From a virus (taxonomy: Duplodnaviria > Caudoviricetes): a stretch of DNA of 64,000 nucleotides. The notes beneath the pieces are model-generated. The model had not been told where the DNA came from. It searched no databases and worked only from the letters and a program-made list of their open reading frames with translations. Location: IMG/VR virus record IMGVR_UViG_2840851631_000003, positions 2,429 to 66,428 of that record; one strand, 5' to 3'. Shown here in pieces: positions 38,961 through 46,893 of the stretch. Made by a program: the position numbers and the translations under genes. Within the stretch, counting starts at the first letter, position 1, and every line of letters begins with the position of its first letter.

Positions 38961-39122
38961 TCCCGCTTGCCTCCATCGGTATTCGTTGCCATAATTTCTC
39001 CTGAATCTGATTAACCCCCGCGAGGCCCGGCCAGGCCGTTGACCGGGGGTTTTTCTTTTCCTGCAAGACTGCGAGACCTGCCCTCTGATATGCTTAAATC
39101 CCATTTGCATACAGGAGGCTGT

Positions 39123-39350
39123 ATGAAGACCTTCATCAACAAAATCAGATACGACCACTCGAACGGATATGCCGCAGTGGAGTTAATGATTCCTGCTGAT
39201 AACGACGAGCTCGGATCGGTGGTCACCATTGATGTAGAAATCCCCATCAACAAGGCCTATGAGTCGAGCTACGGCGTCCTCATGGAAGTGGCTATCCGCG
39301 AGGCTTGTCGCCGCCACACTTGGCTCGATAAAGCACTCCGCCCGGCCTGA
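39123..39350 (+). CDS. Hypothetical antisense moron
   Basis: GGAGG RBS before MKTFINK. Confidence 0.6.
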   Translation: MKTFINKIRYDHSNGYAAVELMIPADNDELGSVVTIDVEIPINKAYESSYGVLMEVAIREACRRHTWLDKALRPA

Positions 39351-39498
39351 GCTCATCCGCAATCGCGGCCTTGATCGCTTGCGGCAGCTGCGCGCTCTGT
39401 TCGCAAAGCTGCTGCTGTATCACCCCCTGGTCCGCCCGCAGTCCAGCCACCACGCCATTCAGCTCATTGATCTGCTGCTGCAACTGTTCGATGCTCAT
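39292..39498 (-). CDS. Hypothetical coiled-coil protein
   Basis: MSIEQLQQQ...IADELRPGGVL; follows the methylase gene. Confidence 0.5.
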   Translation of the reverse strand: MSIEQLQQQINELNGVVAGLRADQGVIQQQLCEQSAQLPQAIKAAIADELRPGGVLYRAKCGGDKPRG

Positions 39499-40010
39499 CA
39501 CTCCCCTCCCTTGATCTCGTGCGCCCGGCCGCCAGCGCCCGGCACCTTGTACGCGCTCAACTTGCACTGCCCGTTCTCGCCCGGCTTGTAGACCACTAGC
39601 ACGGCTGGGAACGGAGCCTTCGCCTTCGCCCCATCGAACCGCAGCCGCTTGTCCAGCGCGCGGATCTCCGCGGCTTTCAGCGCGTGGCGGTGGAACCAGC
39701 GGGTGTCTGTCCGCGCCGGCACCAGGCAGACCACCAGCGCGCCGTCGATGCTGGAGCGGTAGGCCTTGGCCATCCACAGCTTGATCTGGTGGCCGAACGG
39801 CGGGTTCATCCAGACGACGTCCTGGCTCCAGTCCTGGGCCAGGCCATCCTGCTCGCGCGTGAAGAACCGTTCGCACTTTGCGTTCTCCGCCGTCGCGCAG
39901 ACGTCCAACGTGAAACCGAATTCCTCGTGCAGCTGGTCGAACAGCGCCTGCGGCGTCGGCCACTCGTCCGTCTTGCTGCTGAAGTGGACCTGCTCGCTCA
40001 GATCCGCCAT
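39498..40010 (-). CDS. Phage N6-adenine DNA methyltransferase (Dam-like)
   Basis: DEWPTPQ, FTLDVCA, WMNPPFG, LVPARTDTRWF. Confidence 0.9.
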   Translation of the reverse strand: MADLSEQVHFSSKTDEWPTPQALFDQLHEEFGFTLDVCATAENAKCERFFTREQDGLAQDWSQDVVWMNPPFGHQIKLWMAKAYRSSIDGALVVCLVPARTDTRWFHRHALKAAEIRALDKRLRFDGAKAKAPFPAVLVVYKPGENGQCKLSAYKVPGAGGRAHEIKGGE

Positions 40011-40291
40011 CAGGCGGCCTCCGCGATCTTGGCTACCTGGCTCAGATGTCTGTCGCACTCGGCGTTGATGAAACGCAGGACGCGGCAATCGCCGGTGATC
40101 TTGATCAGCCGGATAAGCTCTTGCGGGGTGAAATGCTGCGGATGGGGGGAGGCCTTGTCCCGATTCACCTTGCGGCGAAACGAGTTGTAATTGATCCCCA
40201 TGTCCTCCGACAGCTGGCGCATGTTGCGGCCGGTACGGTTCAGGTACTCATCCACGGTGGCGAAAATCGCCAAGTCGATCTCTGCGAACAT
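40010..40291 (-). CDS. CII-like regulatory protein
   Basis: HTH-like, FRRKVN, FTPQEL; first gene downstream of pR. Confidence 0.65.
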   Translation of the reverse strand: MFAEIDLAIFATVDEYLNRTGRNMRQLSEDMGINYNSFRRKVNRDKASPHPQHFTPQELIRLIKITGDCRVLRFINAECDRHLSQVAKIAEAA

Positions 40292-40477
40292 GTGTTTGCC
40301 TTACAGAAACTCGAAAAATGATCATTCTCAATGGGTTAGCCCTTTGCCATACTTCACTCAGCACCAAGCCAGACCCGCTGCAGCGCCTCGCCCGGCTGCC
40401 ACCTTGGAGCGCGATGCGGGTGTTCTTTGACAACTGGGTACTTCGAAACGGAGATGATGTATGCAATCCCCCGCTCA

Positions 40478-40556
40478 AAACTTTAACTCTGTGCAAAACT
40501 TTTCGCAAGGCCATGCGCACTTGTTTCGCACTGCGTTTATTTCACGTGGTGCGAAA
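40478..40556 (-). promoter_or_regulatory. pR promoter with operator half-sites (OR)
   Basis: Minus strand TTGCGA-N17-TAAAGT (40508-40480); TTTCGCAC (40524) and GTGCGAAA (40549) inverted half-sites. Confidence 0.7.
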
Positions 40557-40574
40557 AATTCCTATTATTCGGGC

Positions 40575-40961
40575 ATGGGAATCGATGTTTTTGATATACG
40601 GCGTGCGAATCTTGCGCGGCTTTTGGAGCCGAGGGGATCTGCTGCGCGCATAGCCGAAAAGGTGGGCTCCTCAGCCTCCTACCTCTCTACGCTGAAGACT
40701 CTGGACAAGAAGAATCCCAATTCGCGCCGGATGGGGGACGATATGGCGCGGCGGATTGAAGAGGCGGAAGGCCTGGAATACGGCTGGATGGACAGGAGCC
40801 ACGATACTGAACAAGCGCCGGCGCCGGTGCCAGAGCAGGTCGTGATTACCGCTCAGTCTGAAGATGAGCTCGTGAAGCTCCTGCGCGAAAAGGGCGAAGC
40901 CTACGCGTTCGAACTGCTCCGCAAGGCCTTCATGGAGCAGGAAAACAAAAAGGGCGACTGA
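40575..40961 (+). CDS. CI-like HTH repressor lacking the S24 autopeptidase domain
   Basis: IRRANLARLL..AARIAEKVG...MARRIEEAEGLEYGWMD; only 128 aa; divergent from CII across OR. Confidence 0.8.
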   Translation: MGIDVFDIRRANLARLLEPRGSAARIAEKVGSSASYLSTLKTLDKKNPNSRRMGDDMARRIEEAEGLEYGWMDRSHDTEQAPAPVPEQVVITAQSEDELVKLLREKGEAYAFELLRKAFMEQENKKGD

Positions 40962-40996
40962 TGTCGCCCTGCTCTACTGTCGCCCTACACTACTCC

Positions 40997-41194
40997 TTAG
41001 GCCGCAAATCTGGCCTGTGTCAAATCTAAACTACTCACATCCCCAAACCGCACGAACTCCAGCGTCCCGTCCTTGTAACGCCTGAGCGCCACTTCAGCGA
41101 CAACCGGCCCGCGCGCGTCGAAACCAGCTCTGTGGTGATGACAGTTTGCCGCATGCACGCATGGCGCATGAGCGATATTGCAATTGCTCTGCAT
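40997..41194 (-). CDS. 65-aa small ORF, candidate antirepressor
   Basis: GGAG/AGGA RBS before the ATG; convergent with cI; lies downstream of the lux-box-like palindrome. Confidence 0.55.
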   Translation of the reverse strand: MQSNCNIAHAPCVHAANCHHHRAGFDARGPVVAEVALRRYKDGTLEFVRFGDVSSLDLTQARFAA

Positions 41195-41279
41195 TCCTAA
41201 CTCCGTTTCAGGTGCTCAATCATAGCCGTCTGTCATATGTCACTACTGACATCTTCTTGTTTTGTGGCCACATTGTCCC

Positions 41280-41297
41280 ACCTGACATCTGTCAGGT
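41280..41297. promoter_or_regulatory. Lux-box-like inverted repeat
   Basis: ACCTGACA-TC-TGTCAGGT; ACCTG/CAGGT ends as in lux/las boxes, 18 bp like the tra box. Confidence 0.6.
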
Positions 41298-41373
41298 CAT
41301 TACGAGAAATAGTAAGAAAATTTGTACACAGTAAAAATACGTATTCTTCAACACGTGATTTAAAGTTCATGCG

Positions 41374-42126
41374 CTATTCGCATGCCCCGATCTTGTACAT
41401 GAGCTGCTCAACGGTAGCCGCTTCATACGTCTCCATAAGCCGCCCAACATGGTAATCAATGGTAAAGACGCTCTTGCCAAGGGCGGCTGCCACCTCGAAC
41501 CGTTTAAAGCCTTTCTTACAATACAGTTCGATTACAGACTGTTGAATCTTGCTTGTTTTCGCAATCCGAGCGTTTGAAGCAAAAACCCTATGCGCGACCT
41601 CAGCCAGGTCGGGGAGCAGCATTTCGAGCAGATCGCGCAGCGCGCGGTCGTCTTCCACCTGGCGGCCAATCATAGACAGCACGTATCGAACGCCGGCGCC
41701 TTTGTCCGCGATATACGTCAGGCCGTGCGTCAGCCCGTGATGCTCGCAGTCCACGACGAACTTGCGTTGAGCCGGCGTCAGGCCCGGCGCATACAGCCGC
41801 TCGGACCAAACAACCGGCGCGCCGGCGAGCCCTCTTACCACGGGGTCAACTTTCACGTACCCGTGCTCTACATATCGCTGCAACCAATCCTCAGACCAGC
41901 CGTGGTTGATGTACAGCGATGGCACCTTGGTGCCGTAGAATGTCGCCAGCAGCGTCGGCGCCCCGCCAGCGATCGTGCAGATCAGCGCCAGGGCCGCATC
42001 AAGGTCATCACGCGTCCTGGCGCGCACCAACATACTGCGCAGCGCTGCAGCGGCGCAGATCGCCGCATTGATTCTGTTGTTGGAAATTGCCGCCACTTCC
42101 GGCAGCTGATCGATAGCTGTCGCCAT
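41374..42126 (-). CDS. LuxR-family regulator with AHL autoinducer-binding domain (LuxR solo)
   Basis: W81-xxx-Y85...D94-P95...W107...G135 match the spacing of the TraR AHL-pocket residues; C-terminal LuxR-type HTH. Confidence 0.85.
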   Translation of the reverse strand: MATAIDQLPEVAAISNNRINAAICAAAALRSMLVRARTRDDLDAALALICTIAGGAPTLLATFYGTKVPSLYINHGWSEDWLQRYVEHGYVKVDPVVRGLAGAPVVWSERLYAPGLTPAQRKFVVDCEHHGLTHGLTYIADKGAGVRYVLSMIGRQVEDDRALRDLLEMLLPDLAEVAHRVFASNARIAKTSKIQQSVIELYCKKGFKRFEVAAALGKSVFTIDYHVGRLMETYEAATVEQLMYKIGACE

Positions 42127-42189
42127 GAGTCCCCCTGTCTATTCAAGGTAGGACATTTTCACGACGCAGAAAACCGCGCCGCCGATTTC

Positions 42190-42525
42190 TCAGCGTGCGG
42201 TGGTCAGCAGCAGCTGAACAAGTCGCCAGACCTCATCCGGCCCTTTGCTCAGCATCTGCTCAGCTACATCCTCCAGCGAGTCCGCAGAGACGTAAGGGGC
42301 CTCCGTGTTCGCCAGCGGCGTCTTGCGCCCCTTCCCCGTCTCCAGCCACGTCAGCGACACCCCCAGCGCCCGCGCGATGCTCGGCAACTTCGTGGACTCG
42401 CGATTGCGGCCATTCTCCAGGTCGGCGACTATCGACCGACTACAGCCGGCCCGTCGGCCAAGATCTTCCTGCCGCCAGCCGCGGCGCCGGCGCTCGGCCC
42501 TGATTCGATCACCTCTTACATTCAT
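42190..42525 (-). CDS. XRE-family HTH regulator
   Basis: GDRIRAERRRRGWRQEDLGRRAG.SRS.VADLENGR...IARALGVSLTWLETGKG. Confidence 0.9.
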   Translation of the reverse strand: MNVRGDRIRAERRRRGWRQEDLGRRAGCSRSIVADLENGRNRESTKLPSIARALGVSLTWLETGKGRKTPLANTEAPYVSADSLEDVAEQMLSKGPDEVWRLVQLLLTTAR

Positions 42526-42559
42526 GCCGCATTGTCGATTACGGCAGGGATGTCATGGC

Positions 42560-42587
42560 ATCATACAAAGATGGTATTACGTCACAA
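42560..42587 (-). promoter_or_regulatory. Putative promoter of the XRE-luxR operon
   Basis: Minus strand TTGTGA-N16-TATGAT, just downstream of a terminator at ~42596-42620. Confidence 0.45.
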
Positions 42588-42796
42588 TCGGACGCAAAAA
42601 AAGCCCGCGTGTGCGGGCTGGTCTGCGGGCGCCAGGTGTTTTTATCTGAACGGGTGGGCTCAGCCTAGCGCTTGGGGTGAGTCTGCCGGTAGTGGCCGGC
42701 GTGGTCAAGGCGAAGAAGTAATGGCGAGAATGGGGTGGGGAGAGGCGGGTGGGGGGGGCTGCTGTACTTTAAATACTAATCAAGACAAAATACTAA

Positions 42797-43297
42797 CTAT
42801 TTGAATGCATCAATAAATGACTGATGCAACGCATCCATTAACTTGCTCCCAGCCAAACACTGCTTATGCCATAACTTTGCAGCCTCATATTCTTTGAATG
42901 ATTCTTCATACTCTTCAGTGCACAAGTTAAAGAAAATCGTTGACTTTCCTATCACATCATTCAAATTCAACAGCTTTTCGTCATCCCAATCACTAAGTTC
43001 ATTTCTGTATCTACGATCAAGGCGAGCAATTGCAGCATCAATCTGCATAAATATCGCCACATTTTCCAGTGTTACAATTTTTGACTTAACCGAATCACTG
43101 CCATCTAAATCCAATATTTTTTTCTGGCATATGAGTACTTCATCAATTTTCTTGCCAATTTCGGAAATCTCATCCCGAACCTCTTTCCTCCTCTCCCGCT
43201 GATTAGCTTGTCTATTTGCAACAAACCAGCCGGTCAATGGGATCAGCCAAGCAATCACCGGCCCATAATCTTTAATTACTGTCGAAGCAAATGACAC
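42797..43297 (-). CDS. N-terminally membrane-anchored protein, third gene of the AT-rich triad
   Basis: Hydrophobic IAWLIPLTGWFVA followed by a helical soluble domain. Confidence 0.7.
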   Translation of the reverse strand: MSFASTVIKDYGPVIAWLIPLTGWFVANRQANQRERRKEVRDEISEIGKKIDEVLICQKKILDLDGSDSVKSKIVTLENVAIFMQIDAAIARLDRRYRNELSDWDDEKLLNLNDVIGKSTIFFNLCTEEYEESFKEYEAAKLWHKQCLAGSKLMDALHQSFIDAFK

Positions 43298-43609
43298 TTA
43301 CGCACGCCTCCTACGCTCCGCATCAGAAATATACTGCCAAATCCTTGAGGTATACACACTAAGGCCACCAGTTATCTTTAAAGATTTTTTCAGCTCATCC
43401 TCAGTAAACCCTCCTCGAATCAACCCGCCGAATGCTTCCTCCAAAAAAGATGACCCAAACCCAATAACGTCTGACAAATCAACGGTTACTGTGTCATTAT
43501 CCTGCAAGGCTGGTATTAATAGAGAGTCTCTGAACTTACTTCCAGAATAATCACCAAACCGCCCAGCAGGCGTATCAGTAAAATCTTTAGCAATAGAAAT
43601 CATTTTCAT
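43298..43609 (-). CDS. STAS-like (DUF4325) protein
   Basis: G..FRDSLL, VTVDLSDV.GFGSSFLEEAFGGL. Confidence 0.85.
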   Translation of the reverse strand: MKMISIAKDFTDTPAGRFGDYSGSKFRDSLLIPALQDNDTVTVDLSDVIGFGSSFLEEAFGGLIRGGFTEDELKKSLKITGGLSVYTSRIWQYISDAERRRRA

Positions 43610-43620
43610 ATCCTACTTAC

Positions 43621-44634
43621 TCAAATGGATTGACCACTAACAGAAGGAATACTCCATATCACCAGCGTCCCCGGAAGCTTGGTGCTATATTTCCGTCGTT
43701 TAAAACTCTTATAACGAGCCTTGTACTCTAGGCCGCCTTTACGGCTAAGAATTATCAACCCACCATCTTTCATTTCTTTTGAAAACTCCAACATTTCCGG
43801 AAGCCCCTTCCCGCGATGCTCTAATCGTGTCCGAGTCCTCGGACTTCTGAGAGCCGTTTCAATGAGGCGGCTATCCTTCTTGTGGATCATTCTAACTATA
43901 TCAGCCCATTGCGCCGATGTTTCTAAGGACGCTGGAACGCTCATTCCGTGATCATATATGGCAACAAAAAATCTACCATCTTTGTGCTGCGAGAACATCC
44001 ACCATTTTCGCAGCTCCTCTGGCATATTTTTGCCTTCATTTCCAATATATGCATGATCCAAAACGTTAGAAACTGCCTCATTTAGGCAGCCTCCGAACAA
44101 TTCTTTTGATGGATGGTCAAGATCATTCATCAATGATAAAGTTAATGGCTTATAGATTGAAGCTTGAATACTATCGCCGCTATGATAGTGCCAGTACTTA
44201 ACCATATCATGAGTAGCTTCCAAACTTGAGTGCAAAGAAAGCTTATCAAGTATTCCTATATGCTTGAATAGTTGTGTTACAACATCATCTTTCGGCAATG
44301 CATTGCCAACGACTTTGCCGGGGTAGCAAGTGAGCCAAGTGTCAAGTTTTGACGCGAACACAAGTGTCCCGCAAGGATGCAGCCTTTCGGTATGCTTAAA
44401 GCATAACCTGATGGACCCACCTTCCCTTAGCTCCTGCTCAACCTTGTTAAAAAACTCAATTAAATCAACACGATAAGTCCCGACTGACACATCGAAACAC
44501 TTAGGAGCATTGACAATCTTACCAGAACTTGGTCTCTTTACAGACCTCTTTTGAGGGACTCGACAAAGATCCTCTTGCCCCCAAAGCGAACGCCGTATCT
44601 GACGCTCCCTATCTTTCTTAGATAGCCTTTTCAT
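43621..44634 (-). CDS. GHKL-fold ATPase / histidine-kinase-like protein
   Basis: EAVSNVLDHA (N box), IYDHGMSV (G1), RGKGL (G2), LPGT; possible N-terminal STAS-like region. Confidence 0.8.
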   Translation of the reverse strand: MKRLSKKDRERQIRRSLWGQEDLCRVPQKRSVKRPSSGKIVNAPKCFDVSVGTYRVDLIEFFNKVEQELREGGSIRLCFKHTERLHPCGTLVFASKLDTWLTCYPGKVVGNALPKDDVVTQLFKHIGILDKLSLHSSLEATHDMVKYWHYHSGDSIQASIYKPLTLSLMNDLDHPSKELFGGCLNEAVSNVLDHAYIGNEGKNMPEELRKWWMFSQHKDGRFFVAIYDHGMSVPASLETSAQWADIVRMIHKKDSRLIETALRSPRTRTRLEHRGKGLPEMLEFSKEMKDGGLIILSRKGGLEYKARYKSFKRRKYSTKLPGTLVIWSIPSVSGQSI

Positions 44635-44788
44635 AGCACTTAAACACTAAATTATTGTGAAGTTACGTGATTATGCTATGCCAGCAGGATTGTGAACAGC
44701 TTTGGACAATGTCAAAGACGCATATTTGATCTGACCGATTACGTTTAGTTCGATCTACACGAGCTATCCCAGTGCGGAGCTGATAGAG

Positions 44789-45060
44789 CTAACAGCCTGC
44801 ATCACCTAGCCGATACGACAGCAGCCAGCCGGCGGGCAGGTTCTTGGCGCATAGGAAATGCTGGTAGTTGCACGCCTTCCCGTTCAACGCCTGCCAGTCT
44901 GTTGTAACAAGTTTCTCGTTTATAACATATGCCAGCCACGGCGCAGACGTTCCTGCCCTACCAGTTGTGTACGCTGTCAGCCCTTGAGGTAACCGAGGAG
45001 ATGAAGTAGAGCCGCTGATTCTTAGAGTCACCGTTCAGGCGGACCAGAATGGCGTCCCGG
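44789..45060 (-). pseudogene. Frameshifted remnant paralogous to the 46315-46893 gene
   Basis: INEKLVTTDWQALNGK..QHFLC versus INQKLTTSDWVALNGK..QHFLC; the upstream FISS motif is in another frame. Confidence 0.7.
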
Positions 45061-45220
45061 GCCGTGCCGTGTGCCGCGCCGCTGATCGTCTTCAGCGCCT
45101 CCTCTTTCTTCGTCATCGAATCGGCGCACGGCGGACGACACCAGGGCAAGGCCGCAAGACCAGCTTCCACAAGAAAATCCAGTATCGAAATCATCAACCT
45201 CATCCAGCATCAGCATTAGG

Positions 45221-45361
45221 TCCATCAGCCCCACCATTGCGGGGAACATGCGTCCGGTAGGAATCGGACATGTATCTGCCGTGGTTCATCCCCACGCATG
45301 TGGGGAACAAGCTGCTGCGTCAGGCCCCGGCCGGTTCATCACCACCCAAGTGGTGGAGCAG
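45221..45361 (-). CRISPR. Orphan type I-E-like CRISPR mini-array (3 repeats, 2 spacers), no cas genes
   Basis: Repeat 45282-45310 (minus strand TTGTTCCCCACATGCGTGGGGATGAACCA); degenerate repeats at 45221-45249 (61-nt period, 32-nt spacer) and ~45332-45361 (21-nt spacer). Confidence 0.75.
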
Positions 45362-45381
45362 AGACTGGATTTCGACGTCAA

Positions 45382-45576
45382 CTAGATGGACACATACCGC
45401 CAGGTCTTGAGCCCCATCTTGAGCGCGGCGGACTTGGCGGATTCCTTGTTGCCCCATAGCGGGGTTGCACTCAGGTCCAAAGAATCGGCCAGTGTGTGGC
45501 CGGCCTCGGGCTTGTCACGCTGGTACACATACCACTTCACCTTGTCACCTGTTGTTGCCAGTACGTAAGTAGCCAA
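45382..45576 (-). CDS. 64-aa hypothetical protein upstream of the mini-array
   Basis: TTG start with an AAGGA RBS; ends ~20 nt before the first repeat. Confidence 0.6.
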   Translation of the reverse strand: MATYVLATTGDKVKWYVYQRDKPEAGHTLADSLDLSATPLWGNKESAKSAALKMGLKTWRYVSI

Positions 45577-45692
45577 TGGCCATTCCTTTCTTGTCGGTAG
45601 CCCAACGCCGGCGAGGTGTCAGGCTTGGTCTTTGTGTCGATGACGGCTCTCTGTGAGAGTGAAGCGAGCAGGCGCTGCTTCATGTACGCCCC

Positions 45693-46034
45693 CTAGACCG
45701 CACTCCAAAGCCACTTCATCCCGCCCCAGATCACCCAGCCGACCACAGCGACTACCATCGCGAGCACGATGTACATGCTCAGGAAGTAGAGCGCGCCGCC
45801 GCTCACCGCGGCCCCGACCAGGGTGAACAGCAGGCGCAGGAACTTCGGCCACTCGGCGCCGCCATGCGACATGATCGCCGACCAGGTCAGCCAGCCACCG
45901 CCGACCAGGCCCACCAGCAGCCCAAAGCCGCGCACCTTTGATTCGAACTCGCGATCATTGGCCCTCTGCAGCTCCTCGGCGGAGTTGTAGTGGGCGGTGA
46001 CGCCGTCACCTACGCGCTTGCTATAGCGTGTCAT
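45693..46034 (-). CDS. Membrane protein
   Basis: 113 aa with three hydrophobic segments. Confidence 0.7.
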   Translation of the reverse strand: MTRYSKRVGDGVTAHYNSAEELQRANDREFESKVRGFGLLVGLVGGGWLTWSAIMSHGGAEWPKFLRLLFTLVGAAVSGGALYFLSMYIVLAMVVAVVGWVIWGGMKWLWSAV

Positions 46035-46071
46035 TCCATCCCCTTTTCAATTTCGGCTGCGTAGATCGGCA

Positions 46072-46266
46072 CTATTTTCGAGTTGCAGGCCAGGGCACCA
46101 TCGCGAACACCCACAAGGCCAGCAGGTTCAGTACCGGCACCCACATGACAATGCTCAACACGCCAGGGAAGCCAGCTTTCCGGACGATCAACCATGCAGG
46201 CACCTGGAAGATGACCAGCATCACAAGGAACATCAGCCAATGCCAAATAGAGAAAGAGCCCATCAT
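46072..46266 (-). CDS. Small membrane protein
   Basis: MMGSFSIWHWL...KAGFPG..S....VPVLNL. Confidence 0.75.
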   Translation of the reverse strand: MMGSFSIWHWLMFLVMLVIFQVPAWLIVRKAGFPGVLSIVMWVPVLNLLALWVFAMVPWPATRK

Positions 46267-46314
46267 CCATCTTCCTTCCTGTGATATTTCCGCCTCATCA
46301 GCAGGCCAGCAGCC

Positions 46315-46893
46315 TCAGTTCGCCGGCAGCTCGTAAACGTTGATCGCCTTCAACGCCTCCGGGTTCACCGACTCGATCTTCCCAGTGTTGTAGTCGACGA
46401 TCACCGGATGCTTTGCTGGATCGCAAGGCCCGACTTCTATCCCGCCGGACTGTGCGGTCGATGAGTGAACGATCCCCGGAACTTTAAAAATGGAGCCGGT
46501 GCTCTTGGTCGCCTGGCCAATATCGCCTGCGATTTGCCAACCCGCAACGCCAGAAGGCATGTTTCTGATGCATAAGAAGTGCTGGAAGTACCTTACCTTT
46601 CCGTTCAGGGCAACCCAATCGCTAGTGGTCAGCTTCTGGTTAATGGTAAAGGCCTTGCCTTGTACTGACTGTCCAGCCCCACTCGCAGATGAAATGACGA
46701 ATTGCTGTCCTACCTTGAGACAACCGAGCCGGTGATCCATCCAAAGGTCATCGACAGTCTTCGATTCGCACTTGAGCGGGCCATCGTAGGTAGGAACCGC
46801 GGAGACCGCAAATGCAGCCCGCGCCGCTATGGCAAACACTGTGATTACTACTCCATACTTCAGCATTGCTTCACTCCAGCTTCTTTTTTTCAT
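46315..46893 (-). CDS. Exported hypothetical protein
   Basis: Signal-like N-terminus and four Cys. Confidence 0.75.
   Translation of the reverse strand: MKKRSWSEAMLKYGVVITVFAIAARAAFAVSAVPTYDGPLKCESKTVDDLWMDHRLGCLKVGQQFVISSASGAGQSVQGKAFTINQKLTTSDWVALNGKVRYFQHFLCIRNMPSGVAGWQIAGDIGQATKSTGSIFKVPGIVHSSTAQSGGIEVGPCDPAKHPVIVDYNTGKIESVNPEALKAINVYELPAN

Noticed and set aside
40248-40520. 90-aa ORF as a candidate cro
   Set aside because: No HTH character; it overlaps the pR promoter and the cII start.
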